From contig NW_026262582.1 of assembly GCF_021869535.1 (NCBI RefSeq), positions 18,662,001 to 18,726,000 on the forward strand: a stretch of DNA of 64,000 bases. Reading direction: 5' to 3'. The notes under the pieces were generated by a model. The model made no database searches. It was not told the DNA's origin and saw only the letters and a list, made by a program, of their open reading frames with translations. The DNA is from Mytilus californianus (lineage: Eukaryota). Of the stretch, positions 1 through 12,373 are shown piece by piece. Made by a program: the position numbers and the translations under genes. Each line of letters starts with the position of its first letter. Position 1 is the first letter of the stretch.

Positions 1-825
1 AACTATCATTGATATGGTCATAGTTATAAATTAACTGTAAACAAAACTTTGAATTTTCGATTTCTTTTAATCGAGCAGCACTTATGTCTTTTGTAGACAA
101 AACCAGCGTCTGGCGTACACATTTGTAATGGTGGTATCTATAATGAGTTTATTGACTGTAAGTTATTTACAAAGTGTTAACCAAAGTCCATGTTTACACT
201 TTCAATTCATCATAGTTTGATAGAACTTGTTTTAATAGCACCTCAAATAATAGTTTATCATAACTGTTTGGCAAAACCTTTGATTCATAATGAAAATTTC
301 TGATAAGCATACATTAAATATTCTAATGGTTTAAATTCAAGGCGGTTGAATTGGTGTCAATTCTTTAGATTGATTGACAATATACGGTACTGTTGCAGTT
401 ATGAATTTGTCATTGTTCTGAAGCAAAATGCCTGGCGGCAATAATACAGTACGTATGGAGGTCTCTTGGCTTTTATTAGATGTTGTCTAGTGTTGCTAAG
501 AAGCTATGTTTGCTTGCATTCCGATACTATTGTGTAAACTAATGCTCTTGTTTTTTTTTTCTAAGTGTCTTTTGTTATTTAACAAGATACGATAATGGAT
601 TGAGATAGTTTAATGCTCTCGCAGGGCTGGTGTGGCTCGTTATATTCAGACTAATCTCACCTTCGATTTGGACCGCATAACCGTTTGTTGTTTTTTCTAA
701 AAGGTCGTTTTGTTCATTAAGGAGTTTTGTCTTGATATGTATGCTTTACTGAATTATTGTGTTACTGATGCTATTATTGCAAACCAACAATTTCTAGATC
801 GCTATATGTATTTATTTGAACTTAA

Positions 826-1099
826 GGTGGTACCCAACACCTTGACTAATATTAATTTGGCTCGTTTAATTTTCAAAAAATTTTGACAAAATGTTTACTT
901 TGACCCTTTGACAAAAATATAAAAATTTCAAAAAATTTGAACCAACCACTTTATCAGAAAAATTTCATTGGTTATATAGCAGTTTGACTAACACTAATTT
1001 TGATCATTAAGAAGCTTAATATTTCCTTAACAATACAACGTAATTAAAACGTTTAGCTGATTTTTACAGAGTTATCTCCCTGTAGTGTTAGGTACCACC
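826..1099. mobile_element. Non-autonomous Kolobok-like MITE (TTAA target duplication)
   Basis: TTAA|GGTGGTACC at 822-834 and GGTACCACC|TTAA at 1091-1103. Perfect 9-bp TIR, TTAA on both sides, RR termini; no ORF. Confidence 0.75.
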
Positions 1100-1506
1100 T
1101 TAAGGAGGTGTGAGGTATACGTCAATGAGACAAAAACCAACGAAAAAATTAACCAGAAGGGATCGAGAGTACTATATACATGCATCAACATAACCTTTAA
1201 TTTCTGAATTTATGGTTTAAGTTTTGTTCATTGTTGAAGGCCGCGTTGTGACCAATCGTTAATTGCATCCACGTCAGTATATTTGTCTCAATACTTGTAT
1301 CAACACTTAACGTCATTTTCAATATGGCGGTGCGGGTCAAAAGGTCATAGGGGAAAACTTCCGTATCCATTGTAAACAATATGGCCGCCGTGATAACGTT
1401 GAAAGAAAGATGTGAAGTTCTGAACTTAATTTGATACATTTTTACACGATTTTTATATACTTTACCTTTTATATATTTGACATTTGATACGATATTACCT
1501 TTTATA

Positions 1507-4500
1507 ATGGATACTACTGACCAAAACACTTCTTTAGATGATTTTTTAACCTGGAAAGTAAGTGCTTTGCGCGACTTCTTGACAAAGAGAGGTATGACGA
1601 AAGATGGTACAAAAAGTGAATTGGCGGCTCTTTGCTATTCGGCGTCTGTTTTAAAAATTGCAGTCATTCCAACTTCTTTTGAAATTATCAAAACCAATAA
1701 ACTAGACTATCAGAACTTGCTAAAAATAAACGGCCAAGCTTTACCAGATCCACTACAGATTCATAATAACTGGTTAGATGAGAAAAATGGTATGAAAAAA
1801 TTTCCACCAGTCTACATATCTGACATTGTAAAGTACTTAAGCGAAAAAAATACATCTGGTAAAATGAAGGAGATTCTCCAAGACTATAAAATTGGCAAGG
1901 CTTATGAATATTTTAAAAATGGATTCTTGCAACAAATATTCTATCATGACATTGATGCAAGATCCAAGAACTGTTTTCTAAGAGCAAAATGTGTGCCTTC
2001 ACAAAAAATAAAAGAAGAAGAACATGATGTCTGGGTGTGTGTTGAGAAAGCAACAGGAGAAATTGGATCCTCATACTGCACATGCACAGCAGGGTAAGAC
2101 TTCATGTTATTTAATATAAAATGTATAGTAAAGTTCCTTGAATTATATGCATAGATGAGGGTGTGGATGGGTTTAACATAATACATAATAATGGAGAAAA
2201 AATAAGAATAGTGAAAAATGTGCAAAGTAATTAAGAACAGAAAAATCTCAGAATAATGGGATGTTAAATATATAAAAAATAACTACAAAAATAAATGAAA
2301 TGGGCAAACATATAATAATTATAGAAAAAAACAAGTCCAAAATACAGTCATCAAGTAATAAATGTAATTACAGAATAGCCATTCTTTTAAAGATGAAGAC
2401 AAATGTAAAATTAAGAATACAGAAATGAAAGATCCCCATCCATAACCTCATAGATTTGCAATGTACTGTAAAGCCTTCCATTTTAATGTAATAGCAATTA
2501 ATAAGCTGTAAAAGGTTGGGACCAATCTCCAAAATGGGTTAAACTATCCCATTCGAGATATAATACCTCAATTGAAACATAAATGTATGAAAAATTAATG
2601 TGCCAAAACAAATTAGGGGAAATGTTTTAAAAAAATGATTGTTAAATTAATTTTTTTTTTAAAGAAAAGCAAGATTTGAAGTACAGTAAATTTATATCCC
2701 ATTTGGGAGATTGTCCCCAACCTTTGTCATGTTTGTTATGGGAAATGTTTAATTAGAAAACCTCAAATTCACATGTTCATGAAATGGTATATCATTTTTT
2801 ATCTTTCTTGTAAAATGTTCCTTGCTAATCATATCCATTGTCACGGCTGTAAAAACCTACATGGTATAAAACTAACCATGCTAACTGTTGGTTGACATGT
2901 TTATTTCTATGTTTGCACATTTATCTTGCAGTTCTTTATTAATTTAAAACTAATAACTGTTTTGTCAATATAAGTTTTCATGCTGATCGACTTGCATCAT
3001 TTGCTGTAGATTTACTGGGTATTGAACAAGATCATTTATTAGTTGTATTTTTTTTCAGTTTGGGAAGAACATGTAATCATGTCGCTGGACTCCTTTTCCG
3101 AGTTGAGGCTGCAAACAAACTAGGTGCATCTGCATGTACTTCCCTCCCCTGCACATGGAAAGTACCGTCAAGAATAAAGGGAGTGAAGCCAACTAAAATT
3201 AAAGATTTGAGAATCTTCAAGTCAAGACATGGACAATCAGGTATGTTTTTTTATTACCAAGCACGAGAAAAATTCTATATAATTTGGCTACAATTTTTGT
3301 AATAACTACTATTCATGTACATCTGATCAATTATTTCAAAGGTTGTGTACATTTTAGATGATTTTAAATAGAATTTAGTATCAAAAAGTCATTACATACA
3401 GGGGCGGATCCAGCCATTTATAAAAGGGGAGGGGAAGGGGGGGGGGTGTACCTATCCCAGGATAAAGGGGGGGGGGGTTCCAACTATATGTCCCCATTCA
3501 AATGCATTGGTTGTTAAAAAAAAGGGGGTTTCCCCCCCCCCCCCCCCCCTTGGATCCGCCACTGACATACATACCATTTATAATTTTTGATATTTTATTA
3601 GCCACACTATATATGTTTTTATTTCCATACTGCTGTACCAATCCTTGTCATGGATTTTACCATGGAAACTAGACTCGAACTAACAAAGCAAATAATGAGA
3701 TATATTATAAAAATAAGATGTGGTAAGATTGTCAATCAGACAACTCTCCACAAGAGACCAAATGACACAGAAATTAACATGTAAATTAATAAGTCTATCA
3801 CATTAATGATAACGTCAACAAGTAGGAAATATATGTCACGAGTTTGTGTTTTGATACACTAGATATTCTTTTTATACATTATTCCAGTATGTGAAACAAC
3901 AACAAAATATGATCACAAGAGTAGTCTATATTCATGTTCATTGATCAAAGGGGGATAAGTCATTAATTCTTTCGGTTTTATTTTAGATAGTAAAAGACCT
4001 TTAGTTTGCCAGTCCAAGTTGCAGTACCAGCCCATACCTGAAAGTAGAGACAACCTGGACACTTTTTCAGCAGTACTCAAGAAGTCTATCCCAAATGCTT
4101 GTATTTTCAAAGGTACATATAAATACAATGTTATAATAATAAAATAAACTTGAAGAACCTCAATTGTTTTAAGTTTTTATTGTTTTATTGTTTTAATTTT
4201 CTCATAGAGCTTTTTTGCTAGTTTTTTTATTTGTTTGTTTATGTCGTATGAATGCAGTTTATAATAACATGATAAAATTTGATCTCGTGATAAATCTAAA
4301 TTTACAAGAATAAGTCATTTGAGATGAATAACTTGGACTACAAATATTTTTTTTTTAACAAGAACAGTTGAAAATCAAGTCACAACATATTAACTAGTTT
4401 TAAAACTTTTTTCATTGTTTTTCTTGAAAATCTAAAATGATGAATATACCTTTAGTTCTAATCTCAGATGTTATGATTTGTTTAGTTTGGGGCTTTTTTG

Positions 4501-5787
4501 TTATTATTGGTTCCAATCTCTACAAAAACTCTAAAAAGGATATGTCTTTGAAAACAATTTGTTCAAGACACAGCCTAAAATTCTTATTAAAAATGAGGAA
4601 ATTTCAAAACCCTCCCCACAAAAAAAGCCATTCCCCAAGTCAAAATCAATGCACTTAAATATGTTGTTTAAAATATTCTTTCAGGTTTTGTCACAGAAAG
4701 TGTAGAAGAAACAGTAACCAAACCAGTTAGTGAAGACATCACAGCCTACACAATACAAGACATTAAAACAAAATGTAACAACCAAACTGACTTTTTAAGC
4801 AACATGCCAAAGTATACTCAGAGTGAAATTCAAAAAGTAATGCGTTCTACGGTTGGTCAGTGCAGCAATGAAAAATGGCATGAAATAAGATCGGGTCGTC
4901 TGACATCATCGAATTTCTACGAAATACATACAAAAGTGCAGAGTTATAAGAAAAAAGAGGGTGTTACTTTTGATCCATTAATTTCACGACTCATGGGATA
5001 CAAAAAGTTAAATCCTAACATAAGGTCTCTTAAGCATGGGCGAGAAATGGAACCAGAAGCCAAATCGTGTTACCTTGTGGGTATGAAGAAAGCAGGCCAC
5101 ACAGATGTTATTATTACAGAATGTGGAATATTTCTTGATAATGACATGACTTATCTTGGGGCTAGCCCTGATTTACTCGTTGATTGTGCTTGTTGTGGCT
5201 CAGGTGTTGTTGAAATTAAATGTCCTCTTGTTCCAAAATGTGGCAAATGTACAACATTTTGCAGTTGTTCTATTCCAGACTATTTGTATGTTGATGGAAC
5301 TAAGTACAGTTTAAAAAAAAAACACAAATATTATGGCCAAATTCAAGGCCAGTTAGCAATAACTGGAAGGAAATATTGTGACTTTTTTATATATACATGT
5401 AATGGAACATTTTGTCAGAGAATTGTTTTTGACAAACCTTATTATGAGGAAATTGTTGATAGTTTAAAATTATTTTTTGAAAAATATTTTGTTCCTGAAC
5501 TATTTTCTGGTGAACTTAAAATGCAAACTGCTTCAAATCTACAGGAGGTGTGTACCAGGAACAACAGCAGTCCTATAGAGGACCAAATGGAGTTTGAAAC
5601 AACATATTTTTGTCCATCATGTAATCACATTGTGAAAAACTCTGAAAATGTTGAAAATTTTATTGATCATAGTATTTGCTGTGATATTTGTGACTTGTGG
5701 TATCATTTCAGATGTGTAAATGTAACAAAAAAGGTAGCATCAAAGTTACAGCAGTGGGTTTGCAAAAAATGCACTCAAAGTAATTAA
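1507..5787 (+). CDS. Transposon accessory protein: SAP-like motif, SWIM zinc finger, YqaJ-like (lambda-exonuclease fold) nuclease, C-terminal PHD finger; ~665 aa, 4 exons
   Basis: Hand-spliced join(1507..2093,3059..3240,3987..4112,4685..5787) = 1998 nt, all GT-AG, phases consistent. Motifs: WKVSALRDFLTKRGMTKDGTKSEL (SAP-like), CTCTAG|LGRTCNH (SWIM CxC..CxH across intron 1), RSGRLTSSNF / GASPD / EIKCP / YYGQIQGQL (YqaJ PD-(D/E)xK), CPSC..CCDICDLWYHFRC..WVCKKC (PHD). Confidence 0.85.
2511..2725. mobile_element. Small inverted-repeat (MITE-like) insertion in intron 1 of the YqaJ gene
   Basis: AAAGGTTGGGACCAATCTCCAAAATGGG (2511-2538) and CCCATTTGGGAGATTGTCCCCAACCTTT (2698-2725) are near-perfect inverted repeats; no clear TSD. 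Confidence 0.55.
3399..3564. mobile_element. 166-bp MITE with CAG...CTG termini and poly-G/poly-C interior, in intron 2
   Basis: ACATA|CAGGGGCGGATCCA ... TGGATCCGCCACTG|ACATA: 14-bp TIR with one mismatch and a 5-bp direct repeat. Confidence 0.75.
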
Positions 5788-6196
5788 ATATAATTTGTCA
5801 TACAGAATGCATGATGTACATGTACAAATAATTGAAACTTTAATTTTTAGAAGAATGCAGTTACTATATATGCATTATCAAATAATTTTACCTGAATATG
5901 TACCTGTAGAAAAGATTTAATTTTCATATATAAATTATGCTATACTTTATAAAAATAAGGAGATGTGGTATTGTTTAGCTCCAATAGATTGCAAATGAGA
6001 CAACGTTCCACCAGAGTTCAAATGAAGTGAATATATTAGTAGTAATAGGCAACTGTGTGGCCTTCAATGATGAGTAAACCCCATACCCTTTAGTCAGTGG
6101 TAAAAGACAATGACATGAAAAATGTGAAACAAATGAAAACTAACAACAAAACCTTAATTGTGATTATTTTTCACAATTTTTGGATCACAATCAAAA

Positions 6197-7744
6197 TTAT
6201 GTCTCATACTTTGGAAGAGGGGGGTACATGTTGCATATTCCTGCAATTGTTTTAAAAATACTATCCAAATGTTGCATGAGAGTAAGCGGCACTTCATACT
6301 TCAGTATTCTAAAGTATTTCATTCTTCGTATAGCTTGCTCAATATGAATTCTACGATTAGCAATTTCTTTTGTTTGTTGGACTTCATTTGTTGACATTTG
6401 TGTAACACCTCTACGACCTGGTGGAATAAACAGTTGTGCTCTTACCAAAGCTAATTCTTCCCTTATGGTGAAGCCACGATCAGCCATTACACAGTCATAT
6501 GGTTCAAGAATGTCTAAAAAACCAGAATTGTTAGTAATATATTTATCACTGCATCTACCACCAAAACCCTCTGAAACATAATTAATTAAGCCAGAAGGAT
6601 TTATGCTCACTAAGAATTTAGCTGTGTTATGATGTTTATAATCACTCCATGTCTGAGCTGCAACCTCTAAATTATTGGGTCTCTCTAAAAATACTTCGGT
6701 GCAGTCAATGATGTGACGGACATCAATGTATTTTGTTCCTTTGAAAGAAGGTGGTAAATTTGTTTTAACTGCCTCTTTTGATGGGTTAAACACCAAAGAT
6801 CCTATTGTACTGGACAAAACTTTTATCCATGTTGTAAATATGTTAGAAGCATGGGTGGTAGAAATTCCAAATCGGTCAGCAAGATCTTCAAACAACAGGC
6901 CTAACCTTAATTTCATAAGGGTCAATGCAAATTCAAATTTAAGTGATAATTTTCTGTTTGAATTTGATCTTGTATATTTCTTGTTTTTAAGTGGATTGCA
7001 TGTCCTTTTTGGACCTTTCCAATGTCTCATTTGCCTCACTTTTTGTTCCAATTCAATGAAAAAGTCATTGAAAGTTTCAACCTTTGGTATGCCTGTATAG
7101 AATTTGCATTTTTTGTCACTTTGTAATATAACATTTATGTCAAATGTTGTTTTGCGTTTAGTATTGACAGATCTTATGTAAGCAGATTTATACATATTGA
7201 CTTCTTTTTGCAGTTTCTGTACCTGGTCCCTTAATAAAATTACTTCACGGTTACAGTCTGTGTCTTGTATATACATGTAGTCATGATCAGAAGTTATGTG
7301 TTTGTTCAAATCCTCAACTGAGAGGTCATTCTCAAGTTTTCGCTTTGTTTTCTTAGGAGGGGGACTGTCATGTCTTTCACGTGGAGGGGGCCTAAATTTT
7401 GTTACTTGTATTGGTGTGTAACCCAAGTCAAGTGTTGGTAACGGGTTACTAAGAGTTGGTTCACAATCTACAAAATGTTTGGAGCAAATTCGAGATTCAG
7501 AATTAGGTTGCCAATTATTGTTTCCATTTTTTCGATTTACAATTGTTGTCCATTTTTTGCGACCAGCAGGATCTTTTCTCTCAGTGGGAAAAGGTATAAG
7601 TTGAAATGGAGGTGAACAGTCACATGATCCAGTTCCCTTGTTACATTTATGTATTTCACATTGTTCTTGCATCCATTTTTCTATTTTGTACCAACTGTTA
7701 GAGCAGGATATAACTGAACAACTTCTCCTTGAAACTTTATACAT
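6197..7744 (-). CDS. THAP-HTH-DDE_Tnp_4 (Harbinger/ISL2EU-type) transposase, ~515 aa, uninterrupted
   Basis: ORF 6197..7786; first ATG at 7744 (MYKVSRRSC). THAP C2CH (CSVISC..W..RICSKHF), HTH region (LTLMKLRLGLLFEDLADRFGIS), catalytic IIDCTE / MADRGF / RIHIEQAIRRMK. Confidence 0.92.
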   Translation of the reverse strand: MYKVSRRSCSVISCSNSWYKIEKWMQEQCEIHKCNKGTGSCDCSPPFQLIPFPTERKDPAGRKKWTTIVNRKNGNNNWQPNSESRICSKHFVDCEPTLSNPLPTLDLGYTPIQVTKFRPPPRERHDSPPPKKTKRKLENDLSVEDLNKHITSDHDYMYIQDTDCNREVILLRDQVQKLQKEVNMYKSAYIRSVNTKRKTTFDINVILQSDKKCKFYTGIPKVETFNDFFIELEQKVRQMRHWKGPKRTCNPLKNKKYTRSNSNRKLSLKFEFALTLMKLRLGLLFEDLADRFGISTTHASNIFTTWIKVLSSTIGSLVFNPSKEAVKTNLPPSFKGTKYIDVRHIIDCTEVFLERPNNLEVAAQTWSDYKHHNTAKFLVSINPSGLINYVSEGFGGRCSDKYITNNSGFLDILEPYDCVMADRGFTIREELALVRAQLFIPPGRRGVTQMSTNEVQQTKEIANRRIHIEQAIRRMKYFRILKYEVPLTLMQHLDSIFKTIAGICNMYPPLPKYET

Positions 7745-9683
7745 TTTCAATAATTTAACCAAACATTGTAAACAGATAACCAACAAAGATTACTATACCC
7801 ATTATTTCACTAGAAATCTGCAATTGAAATACCAGAATATGAATCAAAATACACTGTGGGTGTGTAGACCAAAGATGAAAAAATGCAACTCTGCATGTTG
7901 TTGGGTTACTGCTTTTTTATTTACATGCTTATGGCGTTGACCATGGTTTGAGTGTGGTTTGATCTTATGATTATATTCATCATGTTCATATTTATATATG
8001 ATTATTAAAATTATTGTGTCAATTATTAAAATCGTTGTTATAATTTATTTTGCTTTTCATGGGCATTTTTATTGGAATAAAATATCTGATCTTATTACTA
8101 ACCTTGCTGTTGCCCCACAATTACACCATGTACACTGTTACAATAAAGACTTTGATCATGTAAACTTTAAACTTGGCAAAGAACAACCAATAACCATGCA
8201 AAAATATCAGTTCACATGATCAAGGTTTTATATGCTTGTGTACAGTCTCTTGTAGTATTCACAGGAGCCTTGTGAAGTAGACCCTGCTTGATGTTTTGGG
8301 GGTTTAATTTTTATTATTACTTAAAATATTCAATATTTTTAATTTAGCAATGTTTAGTATGGAAAGTAAAATAAGGGGTTGTATCAGAGTTGGTAATTTG
8401 ACTTGAAACAAGACGAGGCATGCACAGTAGCCACAAATAAGCATGGTATAAACATAGTAAAAATTAAACATTTTAAGCCATAATAATTCATAAAAAAACC
8501 ACAGAAATTTAATAAAAGGGGGTGTACCCCACATGTGCCTGTTGCAGTTACAGCAGAAACTTGTTTTATTTAAAAAAAAAAAGAAATATCAAGTATATTT
8601 GTAAGGTGGTAAAAATCAGCATGTTTGTAAGTTTAATTTTGACAGATCTTGACTGTTTGGAACAGTACATTTTACAAGTAAGTAACCTAGCTGGTGGACC
8701 CTTTAAACAATTATAGGGATCCCTATATACATGTATGCAATAAAATGGAATAATTCATAAGCAAACCATTCCTGAGTCTAGTGTTATAAACACGGAAATA
8801 AGTCACAAAAGTTAAAATATTTCAGTTAGGTAATGCAGAAGACCGTGACCTAAACAGCTAAAAGGACCCTGTCACGGCTTGTGTACGACAAAGTATGGTT
8901 TTGCACCTCTGAAAGGATACACACTGGCTAAGTTTTTGTATTTTTACTAACCTAATGGATTATATAACTATTTAAAATGGTATAATTTGCACGATTTAAG
9001 ACATTTTCAACTCGAGTAGTGATTCTGGCGATCAATGTTTATTATTACGTGCTCAATGATGTAAGCGGTTTTTCCCCTATGACCTTTGACCGGGCCGCTT
9101 ACGTTCCATGTGTTGATACAAGTATATTAATGGCATTCATCTCACATTTTCTTATTTTTATACTATCTATACAAAATATATCTGTGCCTAAATCGTTCAG
9201 AGTATACAAAAATTGTTAATAAATAAATGAAAGAATCAAAGATCTGCCACTAACATCGTCCTGAACATGCATGAAATATTTGCCACTGGACGTTAAGCAA
9301 CAAACAATCAATCAATCTGCCACTAACATCAATTTATCCAAATAACGAAAAAAACATAAGATGTAAGCAACAACAACTGTCGTGGTTGTTTCGAGTTTTT
9401 TAAAAAAAAATTTCAAACTGATTTCGCATTACGACGACCTCTTCTTTTCGAAAATTTACAGATTATGAATAAGTATTAGATACGTGTACACCTTGATGGT
9501 GTTAGCCCGAATGGGTGTATCTGAATCACACCAAAATATTATTGTCAATGCAGAATGATCGTTTTCAATAATTTAGGAGGGGATCTTTCGGCGATTTGAC
9601 CATATGTTTTTGAAAAGCATGATAAATGCAGGGTATCCAATTTCATTTAACGACATCTTGGTGTAAGTCTAAATAATTATAGG

Positions 9684-9787
9684 TTATAACATATCCTTTT
9701 CCATATCGACCCTTGTATCATCCAGAGACTCCCTTATTAGCCCAAGGCGATGATACCAGGGCCTATATGGAAAAGGACATGTTATAA
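9684..9787. repeat. Fold-back (palindromic) element
   Basis: Arms TTATAACATATCCTTTTCCATATCGACCCTTGTATCATC (9684-9723) and GATGATACCAGGGCCTATATGGAAAAGGACATGTTATAA (9749-9787), ~25-bp spacer. Confidence 0.65.
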
Positions 9788-11363
9788 TATTTATCACATA
9801 TTATACAAATGCTTTAATAACAAAGTATAAAAGAATTTCATTATACCGGCAGTGTTCTTTAATTAAAAAAATCCGCAGTCGTTTAGTCGACGTTTCCGTC
9901 CGTCATTGTTGTTCCGTAAACTTATGAGGTCATACCAGGGTACAATAACTGTATATGACGTCATAACAGGGCACAATAACTGGTTATTTGTCCCGGTTAG
10001 GAATATGACTGGGCAAATCCGCGGTTATTGCATATGCAAAACCCAATGTTTTAGTTACAAATATTTGATAATGCGTAATTCACAACTTCTGAATGTTTTA
10101 CGTTTAATGTTTTCCACTGTTCACGACGTCTGATCAATTCTTTCAAAATTTCGTTTAATGTTCTTTTGGGTGCAAGTATATATAATTACGATCAATTTTG
10201 AAATAAACAGTTTGAAAATAATCTCCAAGATGCTTTATTCATACAAAACCTACAAACAAATCTTCACTGCTACACGACTTTACATTATTAGAAGCACCGG
10301 ACAATCCGAAGGATGAATAATTGTATATTTCTAAAATTTCTATAAAAATGTCTCGTTGTTAAACCAACATATACTGTTATCTCATATAGAATATTTTTAT
10401 TTGAATTATGTCTATAAACCAACATTGAGATGTGAGGATCATTATTCTTATTATGACACAAATATTATAGTTCCGTTCGTAATTATTCGCTTTCTAACCA
10501 AACATAGCATCCCGGCAATTAGTGTCCAATGTAACAATATCTTTTTATTATTGTTACATTTCAACGTAATCGTAGCCAGTGCCTATTATGAATAGAGTGA
10601 GAAACGTGTCACATCTAGTACTAGTATTGCAATTTTTAAAACTCCCGTTTTGAATTCTGATTGCAGTATTTGTGAAAAAATCATTTCACAAAAACTTTGA
10701 AACCTTTAACTACTGATCAATACAATGATTCGGTACAACATGTACATGTAATTTGACTGCACCGTATTCGCAATTCGACAATTAATGTTTCCCCAGTGAT
10801 TGAGCCTTTTTCAGCCCAAAATAATTGAAAACTAAAAATTTACTAGAAACGTTGAAGTGCTGATACAAAAGGATCAAACGTATACAGAAAACGTGTGTCT
10901 CATTCGTCTCGATTATGTTATATAATTTTTTTAATTTTTTTATCGACCACTAGATAGATATTTTTTGATAGTACAAAATTTAAAAACTCAAAATGTTTTA
11001 AAGGAACTGTCATCTCACATAAATGTTAAAAAGTTACTGCAATGTATAGAGTACTGTCATACATATTTTTTCTTTAATATTATGCCATTACGTCAGGTAA
11101 TCAAGTTATAACCTTGTCCGTCCAATCTTTCCAATATTGATGTTCATTCAAAACCTTGTCTTTGTGATTCATTTCCGATAAATCGTAATTTTTTTCTATA
11201 GTTTAAAAGATTGTACGCGCACTGTTTAAATTGTATAATCTACAGTAAACGAATACAATCAGTGTCCATTGTAAATATTCTAACATAAAATCAAAGTGTC
11301 AACATAAAAATAATACCACACTTATAGTTAATAAATAAATATATCTAAAACAAAAAGTAATTT

Positions 11364-12373
11364 CTAAACGTTGCTATCACTACCAAACTTTCCATTCGTG
11401 TTGTCCGACTTTGACTTCCGGTTTTCTCCTTCTGATGACGACGATGAAGATCTCGTCCTCTCGGTTCCTATCTTGTTTCTTCTAGACCTGGGCTTTTCCT
11501 TCTTGTCGTTCCCTGAGGTAAAGTTTTCTTTTTTTAGTCGAACAGCATCTTTTACAATATTCCTAAATTTTGACCCTGTCCCTACTGTTTTATGTTTACT
11601 AAAATTATTCCATTTGTCCATCACTTTTTGTGCTACTAGTTTGTTTTTTGCATACAATGAACCCGTAAGATCCTTAAATGGTGCCTTCTCCCAATTTGCT
11701 TTCACAACGTCTTGCAGATTCTTGAACTTTCTACCACCACGCACTTGTTCAAGCGACTTGTTCACGTTCATGAATTTTCTATCTTTATCGGTATATGTTG
11801 TTGATAACGGCGCAATAGGAACTACTGCTGGCTGGATCAAAAAGTCAGCAAGTCTTGAGTTCGTTTCACCCGTGTGAGTGACATCACTCTCCCAGATTTC
11901 GGTCGTTGCACAGATATGAACTAGCGTTGAAAATCTGTGATACAACATACAAACAAACTGAAGCAGCAACAACATGCCAAAGACGGCTGTGAAAAGTATT
12001 GCAATTGGAACCAGTTGGATTGTACCTCCACTACAATCAATCTCTATGGCCAAGGAATCTCTGAAAGCGTTTACTTGAGTTAATCCGAACATCACTGTAA
12101 CGAGAATTGCGTTAAGTAGATAGACGAACAAGCATGCTCTGTTTCTTAAATCAATTAATTCTAGTTCTACTTCCTCCTTCTTCTTAGAGTCTTCGTGTAT
12201 GGGTTTTAAGTATTTCTTTATATACTTCTTCCAAAACTTTCGTTCTTCTTTTGAAATCATTTGAACGGATTGGTCTGCCCTTACTTCCCACACATCTTCA
12301 ATATTTGGTTTTTCTTTTTCAGGTTGTCGTTCCTTATCGATGTCCGATTGTCTGACCTGCACTGCTTGGTCAA
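11364..12373 (-). CDS. CHS: Chitin synthase terminal exon (last TM helices, basic/Ser-rich tail, TAG stop)
   Basis: Acceptor tttacag|TT at 12373; FWKKYIKKYLKP, LRNRACLFVYLLNAIL, LLQFVCMLYHRFSTLVH typical of CHS C-termini. Confidence 0.9.

Larger units (their letters stand above)
1293..9123. mobile_element. Full-length ISL2EU-type DNA transposon (PIF/Harbinger-ISL2EU-Spy group), 7.8 kb
   Basis: Perfect 14-bp TIR ACTTGTATCAACAC (1293-1306) / GTGTTGATACAAGT (9110-9123), flanked by AT (1291-92, 9124-25). Subterminal inverted repeat GGTCAAA(A)GGTCATAGGGGAAAA at ~1335-1357 and ~9069-9091. Encloses a THAP-DDE_Tnp_4 transposase and a YqaJ nuclease gene, the known ISL2EU gene pair. The flanks rejoin into one dispersed repeat (...ttgtctca | ...tggcattcatctcacattttcttattttta). 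Confidence 0.88.

Noticed and set aside
1197-1529. 110-aa minus-strand ORF
   Set aside because: Crosses the ISL2EU left TIR into an unrelated repeat; no recognisable domain.
6726-7100. 124-aa plus-strand ORF
   Set aside because: Antisense shadow of the transposase.
11371-11877. 168-aa plus-strand ORF
   Set aside because: Antisense shadow of the CHS terminal exon; no independent motif.
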